Below are positions 7,993 through 14,412 of a stretch of DNA of 64,000 bases, in pieces. Positions within the stretch are counted from its first letter, which is position 1; the number at the start of each line of letters is the position of its first letter. Under the pieces are notes generated by a model. It was not told the DNA's origin. It worked only from the letters and a program-made list of their open reading frames with translations, and did no database searches. The position numbers and the translations under genes were made by a program. Origin of the DNA: a candidate division WOR-3 bacterium (GTDB lineage: Bacteria > Hydrothermota > 32-111); assembly GCA_039804105.1 (NCBI GenBank), contig JBDRZU010000001.1:66602-130601 (forward strand), in the 5' to 3' direction.

Positions 7993-9409
7993 AATTTCTA
8001 TTATAGTTTCAGGGGGTGTCTCACTCTGTACATATGAGGTTGGAGTTTTAACTTCTTTTTACCAGTTGTTTCTTGAAAATGATGATATAAAATTCGAAGT
8101 TGTTGGGGGTTCTTCAGCAGGAGCGATATCAACATTTCTGTTTGCATTCTCGGTTTTTAATGGAAAGAATCCATATTTTATGGCTGATACCATAATAAAA
8201 AGTGCTGATATAAAAGATCTTTTGTCGGAAGATGATAGATATGTTTTTGATTTTGATAATCTAATTCATATTTTTGAAAAAACGATAGATAACAGAGAAA
8301 GATGTGAATTCTATTATGGTTGCGAAGATTGTAAAAAATATAGATCTTTAAAATTCTGTAAAGATAAAATATGTGTTAAAAAAACTGATACTGATATAAA
8401 AATTGTTTTCAATGTTACAACTTTACAACCTGTCTTAAAAGACATTAAGGATGCGGTGTTTTTAAATGTTTTCACTTTAAGGACACACAATTTTTCTTTT
8501 GTATTTGATCTGAAAAATTTTTCTAATAAAAAGCTGTATAAAATTTTAAAATCCTCTGCTTCGTTTCCATTATTTTTCCCACCTGTAAAATATGTGTTTA
8601 AAGAAGAAGATACTCGTGAGTTTTCGAATTTTTATGAAGACAAACAACTTGAAATTGAGTTAACCGATGGTGGAGTTACACAGAATTTGCCCTTGAAAAT
8701 CATTTTTGATAACATTAAAGATAGTGAAAAGATAATTTTGATAGTTCCACATCCTGATGATCCGAAGTCAATAATTGAAAATTCACAGGTAACTAATGGA
8801 TTTGATTTTTTTGATACAACCTTAAAACTTTTAGATGCAACTTTTTACCAGTCGTATTATTCTGATCTCAAATTATCTTTTGAGTTTAACAGGATCGAAA
8901 AAAAACTTACAGATCTAAGAAATAAGATAAGAGAATCTTTTGAAAATTTAAGAGAAGATGAAAAAAAAGTTGTTGAAAAATTTTTGAAAGATTCTTGTTT
9001 GGATATAAAAAATCTTGATAAAGATATATCAACAGGTAAAAAGATCATGAAGATTGATATTATATCTCCAGAAAAACCTTCCGAAGAACTCGGTGGTGAA
9101 ATAATGAAACATTTTGGAGGTTTCTTTGATAAAAGAATAAGATATAACGACTTTCTCGTAGGTTATTTTGATGGATTTGAATATTGTAAAAATCTGGGTT
9201 ATAAAATTGAACCTCTTTTCGACCAAAATGATATTGATCAAACGATTGGAAAGATTGAGTTTAAAAAGATCAAAAATAAAAAAATTCTGATTATACTTTT
9301 TCTTAAATTTTTAGTATCCTTTTGTTATCCATATAGAAAAAACTTTTTGATTATTTTAATACTGTTTGTTTTAAAATCCATCATAAAAATTCTTGAAAAT
9401 TTTCAATGA
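7985..9409 (+). CDS. Patatin-like phospholipase with a Cys-rich insert and a C-terminal membrane anchor
   Basis: Gly-rich N-terminus IIVSGGVSLCTYEVGVL. Nucleophile elbow GGSSAG (GxSxG, Ser44). Catalytic Asp motif LTDGGVTQNLP (Asp228). Two hydrophobic helices in the last ~42 aa. 8-nt overlap with the upstream sensor gene. Confidence 0.8.
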   Translation: MSKISIIVSGGVSLCTYEVGVLTSFYQLFLENDDIKFEVVGGSSAGAISTFLFAFSVFNGKNPYFMADTIIKSADIKDLLSEDDRYVFDFDNLIHIFEKTIDNRERCEFYYGCEDCKKYRSLKFCKDKICVKKTDTDIKIVFNVTTLQPVLKDIKDAVFLNVFTLRTHNFSFVFDLKNFSNKKLYKILKSSASFPLFFPPVKYVFKEEDTREFSNFYEDKQLEIELTDGGVTQNLPLKIIFDNIKDSEKIILIVPHPDDPKSIIENSQVTNGFDFFDTTLKLLDATFYQSYYSDLKLSFEFNRIEKKLTDLRNKIRESFENLREDEKKVVEKFLKDSCLDIKNLDKDISTGKKIMKIDIISPEKPSEELGGEIMKHFGGFFDKRIRYNDFLVGYFDGFEYCKNLGYKIEPLFDQNDIDQTIGKIEFKKIKNKKILIILFLKFLVSFCYPYRKNFLIILILFVLKSIIKILENFQ

Positions 9410-9873
9410 ATGAATCCATAAGAACAAGTGTTTCCATTTTCATCTGAAATCACTGTGAAGATCGTTTTTCCTTCAAGATCATAGAAGATTTCATTTTTAA
9501 GTTTTATAGAATAAGTTTTTTGTTCACTAAGTACTATATCATATTCTTTTGTAAGAATATCGCCTTGCTTTCTATTAACTATGTTTACTGAAACTTTTAT
9601 TCTATTTTTAGAATCGGTTTTATTTTTTATTTTAAAATTTAAACCCTTTTCTATTTTAATATCAACCACCTCAAAATTTTGGGGGATTTTTATGGAAGGG
9701 GTATAAGGGATGGAGGAGAGATGAAGGTTTGAGGTGGTTGATATATTTTTTTCCAGTTTTGGTAATTTCAAAACTATTTGGATCGACGCAGATGAGGTAG
9801 TTTTTTCTTTTGCAAAGATGATCGAAGAAAATAACAAAAGAAGAATCAAAGTTATCATTTTTATTTTTTTCAT
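9403..9873 (-). CDS. Hypothetical small secreted beta-rich protein
   Basis: From ATG 9873 the product starts MKKIKMITLILLLLFSSIIFAKE, a classic signal peptide. A GAGGTG SD lies 4 nt upstream. The track start at 9885 is a GTG inside the hairpin. No recognisable domain. Confidence 0.55.
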   Translation of the reverse strand: MKKIKMITLILLLLFSSIIFAKEKTTSSASIQIVLKLPKLEKNISTTSNLHLSSIPYTPSIKIPQNFEVVDIKIEKGLNFKIKNKTDSKNRIKVSVNIVNRKQGDILTKEYDIVLSEQKTYSIKLKNEIFYDLEGKTIFTVISDENGNTCSYGFIH

Positions 9874-9877
9874 AAGA

Positions 9878-9905
9878 CACCTCACTTCTTTGATAAAGTG
9901 AGGTG
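9878..9905 (-). promoter_or_regulatory. Perfect 10-bp stem-loop that occludes the SD of the downstream secreted-protein gene
   Basis: Minus strand reads cacctcactt-tatcaaag-aagtgaggtg-tctt-ATG. The 3' arm contains the GAGGTG SD. There is no U-tract after the stem, so it does not look like a classical intrinsic terminator. Confidence 0.4.
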
Positions 9906-9983
9906 CATCTATTATGCCAAATTAAATTATTATTTTAGAGATAGTTATGGAGATGTGGATGTATTGGAAAAGTTACAGGTGTC

Positions 9984-12900
9984 TTATTTTTTTTCGATTC
10001 TTTCTAAAACCTCATTTAAATTATCTTCAATATTTTTATAATCTTTATCCTTCAACCAATCTTTGACCTTTTCTAAAAGTTTTTTTCCTTCCTCAATTTT
10101 TCCTGTTAATACAAGTGATCCAGCGTAATAGGGGAGTGATTCATAATGGATTTCAAGAAGGTTTTTCTTTAAAGATTCATCGAGAACAGGTCTTAAAACC
10201 TCCAAACATTTTTTATACTCCCCCTGTAAAAAGTAACAGTTCCCTTCTATCTGATAAACATCAATCCATCTTTCTTCAAGTTTGTTCTTTTTGATCTCTT
10301 CTTTTGCCATATCTATATATGTCTTTGCTGTTTCAAAATCTCTATTTTCGGTTGAAAGGAGTGCAAGGTTGAGTATCCAGATAAATCTTGTGTTCGAATA
10401 TGGAACCTTTATTGATAGATCGAGTGCCTTTTCATAGAAATCATAAGCATTCTTGTAATCTTTAAGCACATGGTAACATACTCCGAGGTTACCGGTTATT
10501 GTTTCAAGAAGTAGATTGGATTTACTCACCTGTGCGATTTCCATACCTTTGTTGTAATAATCGATACTTTTTTCAATATCTCCCTTGTTGAAAAATATTC
10601 TTCCAAGTATAATATAAATAATTGCCCTTTCTGATGAGAGGTTTAAGAGTTCTGCCAGTTTTAATGCTTCAAGTTCAAATGAAAGGGAATCGTCTATCTG
10701 TCCAAACTCTCTCAGGTTTGTTGCTATCGAATGCAAAACTCTGAATTTTTCAAGAGGCAGATTCAAATTTTCCATCTCTTTAAGATATTTTTTCCCAATA
10801 TCGATTGCTTCTAAAATGTTGTATTTACCTAAAGGAAAAAGGAAAAACATTTTAACAAGTGTTGAATACCCATTTAATCTATCATTTTTTTTAAAATATT
10901 CATTCGCTATGTCTTTGAATATTTTTTCAGAATTTTCATAGTCCCCAATTTGAATCAAAGTTGAGGGTAAGCGTAAAGAAACTTTTGTTTCAAGATCCAT
11001 ATTTTGATATTCTGTTAATGTTTTTCCTATGTATTCTTTTGCTTTCTCGTCATTCCTTAAAACCATTACATATGTTATAAGATCAAGAATTTTGGTTCTT
11101 GTTTTTGAATCTTTCACTTTTTCAATATCAAATGAAGAAAATTCTTCTTTGATATTTTCAAATTTTCCTTCTTTGAAAAAAATTTCAAGCATAAAGTATC
11201 TGTAAGTATCTTCATCCAGAAGTTTTTTGTTTTCTTTTAAAACCTCTTTCATCTCATCAATTCTTCCTTCTTTAAGAAGAATATAAAAAATAGTTTTAAT
11301 AATTTCAGGATCCTTTTTTAAACTGTTGAGTGTTTTAAAATAAACTATGTGTGAATAGTTTAATTTGAAAGGTGGGATTTCTTTTACTGAACTTAAAAGC
11401 CCGAAAGCTTTTTGATAATCGTTTGACTTATAGAAGTGCAACCCTGCTTCAAAATTTTCTCCAATTTTTAAGTAGAATTCTCCGATCGTTTTATGTGTGT
11501 TTTTTCTTTCTTTTAAAGGTATTGAATGGTACAGATGGCTTTTTAATATTTTATTTTTGAAAGTTATAATGTCACCATTTTTTTCTATAAAGTTTCTTTC
11601 AATTAGATCGTTGATACTATTTTCATCCAATTTTTTGAAGATTCCCAAAAAATCTTTGATTTTTATAGGTTTTTCAAAAAAGGACAGGTATTTCAAAAAA
11701 TCGAACTGATTTTGTTTAAGATCGGAAAACATTATCTGAGAAATTGAACTTATATCCTTTGATACGACATCAGTATCTGAAGAAAAATCCCATTCACCGA
11801 AAAAATTTATTGTAATTTTACCTTTTTCAACAAGTTCTTTGAAGATGGTCGTGATTAAAAAGATATTCCCTTTTGTAAGGTCGAACAGGTGTTCTACAAC
11901 CTTTCTTGATGGCTTTATTCCAGTTCTTATAAACAAAAGTTCAAACAGTTCCTCTTTTTCAGGGAAATCAAGGATTAGATCTCCAATTTTTTTGTTGAAA
12001 AGAAAAATAACTTTTTTTGAAAAATTTGTTGTTTTGAGACTTTCGATCAGTTCAAGTGAATTAGAGTCAAGGTATTCACAATTATCAAAAATAAAAATAT
12101 CATAATCAGAATTTTTCAAACTCTCTTTAAAAATCTGAATTCCAAGATCTTTTTGTATATCCTCATCTATTTTTATTTGAGAGAAATTTTTCAAAAGAAT
12201 ATTTTTTTCTCCTTCAAGATAATTGAATTGGAAATATTCAGCGCTCAAGTTGTTTTTAAAAATATGGGATGAAACCAAATGTGTTTTTCCTGTTCCTTCC
12301 TCTCCTCCTATTATCAGGAGATCTTTTTCTTTTAAAATATTTTCAACCTCTTCCAGGTAGGAGTTTCTATCATAATATGGATTATAAAGAGGAACCCTAT
12401 TTTTATTGTAATTTTTAGGAATATATAGATTTATTTTTCCTATACCTTTAAGATTCGAATTTTTTTTGAATTCGACTTCTAAAAACCTATTATCCTCCAT
12501 GATATTTTTATCTATCAAAATTTCTCCAAAATCTGCTTCTGTTGATATTCTTGCTGCTCTGTTGATCGTTTTTCCAATAAGGTTGTATTCTAATCTTTTT
12601 GTTCCATCTGAAAACCCGTTAAAAATATATCCCGAGGTGGCTCCACCTTTTACACTTTCTTTAAATTCACTTTTTAAAATATCAAATATGAAATCTCCCA
12701 TGATCAAAGATGGAGAACTTTTAGCAAATGGAATACCTGAAACACACATCAATCTTATTCCATCTTCATACTGTTCGATTTTATTTATGTGAATCCTTCC
12801 ATAGTTTAATTTTAAAATTTTCTCTGTAGTTTCTAGATCCTGTGTATAGATGAATAAAACCGAAACATACGAGAAGGATCCAAAATTTTTTTCCTTTTCT

Positions 12901-13472
12901 ATAAACAGTTTTTTTACATCAGAATCAAGTTTTAAATTTTTTTCAACATCATTTTTAATTTTTTCATCTATGTTATTTGTTTGTTTTAAACTGTACTCAA
13001 AAATTTTTGCCTTTTTTTCCTCTTCAAGTGCTGATCTGATCGTTTCACCATAAAAGAGTGGAATAATACCACCATTGTTTTCAAAAAGGTGAATCTTTAT
13101 TTCTCCATCTGCAACCCCTGCTCTAATACTCAAAACATTTCCCTCTTTTTTTGTAAATTCAACCATATTTTCAAAACTTTTCAAACCAGCATTTAAATTA
13201 GGGAAATATGCAAGTATCGCATCACCACTATAGTTTAATATATCACCATTGAAATTGTCTATAATATCTGTAAAATTTCTAAAATAATATTGTATTATAT
13301 CTCTTATCTTTTCTGCTCCTTCATAGCCCTCAGACATCAGATTTTCAGAAAGTTGTGTGAAACCTGAAATATCTGTGAATGTGACGATCCCTTCAATAGT
13401 ATAATCTGTTAAATCAGGGGAATAGATTTTCCTTAATATTTTTGGAAAAAACAGATTTTCAAAATTTTCCAT
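9984..13472 (-). CDS. Tandem class III nucleotidyl-cyclase domains + STAND/AAA P-loop NTPase + TPR repeat protein
   Basis: CHD-1 has FTDISGFT and YSGDAILAYF (both metal-binding Asp). CHD-2 has YNLIGKTINRAARISTEADFGEILID (the Asn/Arg motif). Walker A GGEEGTGKTH and Walker B IFIFDNCE. C-terminal half carries many TPR-like repeats (e.g. NLGVCYHVLKDYKNAYDFYEKALDLS). Confidence 0.85.
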   Translation of the reverse strand: MENFENLFFPKILRKIYSPDLTDYTIEGIVTFTDISGFTQLSENLMSEGYEGAEKIRDIIQYYFRNFTDIIDNFNGDILNYSGDAILAYFPNLNAGLKSFENMVEFTKKEGNVLSIRAGVADGEIKIHLFENNGGIIPLFYGETIRSALEEEKKAKIFEYSLKQTNNIDEKIKNDVEKNLKLDSDVKKLFIEKEKNFGSFSYVSVLFIYTQDLETTEKILKLNYGRIHINKIEQYEDGIRLMCVSGIPFAKSSPSLIMGDFIFDILKSEFKESVKGGATSGYIFNGFSDGTKRLEYNLIGKTINRAARISTEADFGEILIDKNIMEDNRFLEVEFKKNSNLKGIGKINLYIPKNYNKNRVPLYNPYYDRNSYLEEVENILKEKDLLIIGGEEGTGKTHLVSSHIFKNNLSAEYFQFNYLEGEKNILLKNFSQIKIDEDIQKDLGIQIFKESLKNSDYDIFIFDNCEYLDSNSLELIESLKTTNFSKKVIFLFNKKIGDLILDFPEKEELFELLFIRTGIKPSRKVVEHLFDLTKGNIFLITTIFKELVEKGKITINFFGEWDFSSDTDVVSKDISSISQIMFSDLKQNQFDFLKYLSFFEKPIKIKDFLGIFKKLDENSINDLIERNFIEKNGDIITFKNKILKSHLYHSIPLKERKNTHKTIGEFYLKIGENFEAGLHFYKSNDYQKAFGLLSSVKEIPPFKLNYSHIVYFKTLNSLKKDPEIIKTIFYILLKEGRIDEMKEVLKENKKLLDEDTYRYFMLEIFFKEGKFENIKEEFSSFDIEKVKDSKTRTKILDLITYVMVLRNDEKAKEYIGKTLTEYQNMDLETKVSLRLPSTLIQIGDYENSEKIFKDIANEYFKKNDRLNGYSTLVKMFFLFPLGKYNILEAIDIGKKYLKEMENLNLPLEKFRVLHSIATNLREFGQIDDSLSFELEALKLAELLNLSSERAIIYIILGRIFFNKGDIEKSIDYYNKGMEIAQVSKSNLLLETITGNLGVCYHVLKDYKNAYDFYEKALDLSIKVPYSNTRFIWILNLALLSTENRDFETAKTYIDMAKEEIKKNKLEERWIDVYQIEGNCYFLQGEYKKCLEVLRPVLDESLKKNLLEIHYESLPYYAGSLVLTGKIEEGKKLLEKVKDWLKDKDYKNIEDNLNEVLERIEKK

Positions 13473-13475
13473 AAA

Positions 13476-14309
13476 TTATTTCAACTTTATTCCCAAACTG
13501 ATCGAAAAAGTATGCAACCAGTTTTTTACATATCCATCATATCTTGAATTGTCATCTTTATTTGTTCCTTCAGCACCACCGCCAAGGTATCTGAGATTTA
13601 AAAATATTTTTGAAAAAGAGTTAACATTGTAAACGAACCTTGTTGAAATATCAAATATCGCTCCAACAAAATCATATTTTGAGCCTGTGATATATCTACC
13701 CGAAGCATAGAAACCATCGAACTCATTTTCAACAAAAACTTTTGTTCCAAGTTCAGATTCTGTTTTAAATTTAAATATCGGAACCGGACCTATATTGGAA
13801 TTTGTAACAAGGTTTTTATCATCAGAAAAGGATATAAATGCGTTTCTTAATTGGAATGATAAACCTACATATATTTTATTTTTGTTGAAAGTTAAAATGT
13901 TATAAATATATGAAATTCTATAGAAATCGAAACTGTAAAGAAATTCCATATTTGAATTTTTTGGGAAAATAACAGAATCAACCAATATGGTATCTTGTAA
14001 GAATGCTTCTGTTTTTAAAGTCAATGGCTGATATAAAAATGTTAGAACATGTTTTTCGTTTATTGCGATTTCAACTGAATACCTTTCAAATGGATAAAGA
14101 TTACTTTGATTTCCATCTTTCACATAGTCAAAATATGTACAATCTTTTCCAAACTGGATCTTATGAAAAAAAACATTCACAAATCCTTTTTCGTAAACAG
14201 GATAAATTTTTATAACATTTTGTTCATTGTTGAAAGTGAAATAATTTTCGTTTGCTAACAAGAAAATGAAAGAGAATACAAAAATCATAAATGGAAAAAA
14301 TTTTTTCAT
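13476..14309 (-). CDS. Exported beta-rich protein, possibly an outer-membrane beta-barrel
   Basis: Signal peptide MKKFFPFMIFVFSFIFLLA. Alternating hydrophobic beta-strand pattern throughout. GGAGG SD upstream. The C-terminus (…SLGIKLK) lacks the usual terminal aromatic residue, so the barrel call is weak. Confidence 0.4.
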   Translation of the reverse strand: MKKFFPFMIFVFSFIFLLANENYFTFNNEQNVIKIYPVYEKGFVNVFFHKIQFGKDCTYFDYVKDGNQSNLYPFERYSVEIAINEKHVLTFLYQPLTLKTEAFLQDTILVDSVIFPKNSNMEFLYSFDFYRISYIYNILTFNKNKIYVGLSFQLRNAFISFSDDKNLVTNSNIGPVPIFKFKTESELGTKVFVENEFDGFYASGRYITGSKYDFVGAIFDISTRFVYNVNSFSKIFLNLRYLGGGAEGTNKDDNSRYDGYVKNWLHTFSISLGIKLK

Positions 14310-14328
14310 ATAACCTCCAATCTAATAA

Positions 14329-14357
14329 ATTATAGTCCCTAAAAGATATAAATTCAA
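14329..14357 (-). promoter_or_regulatory. Sigma70-type promoter for the minus-strand operon (TTGAAT-N17-TATAAT)
   Basis: The reverse complement reads TTGAAT, a 17-nt spacer, then TATAAT. It is followed by ttattagattGGAGGttatATG. Confidence 0.45.
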
Positions 14358-14374
14358 TGGATTTGAATGTTTAG

Positions 14375-14402
14375 TTTACAAGTATTTTTTTTATTGTATA
14401 AT
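14375..14402 (+). promoter_or_regulatory. Sigma70-type promoter for the TonB-dependent receptor cluster (TTTACA-N16-TATAAT)
   Basis: TTTACA at 14375-14380 and TG-preceded TATAAT at 14397-14402. Only 10 nt separate it from the ATG at 14413, and there is no SD. Confidence 0.4.
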
Positions 14403-14412
14403 TATATTTAAA

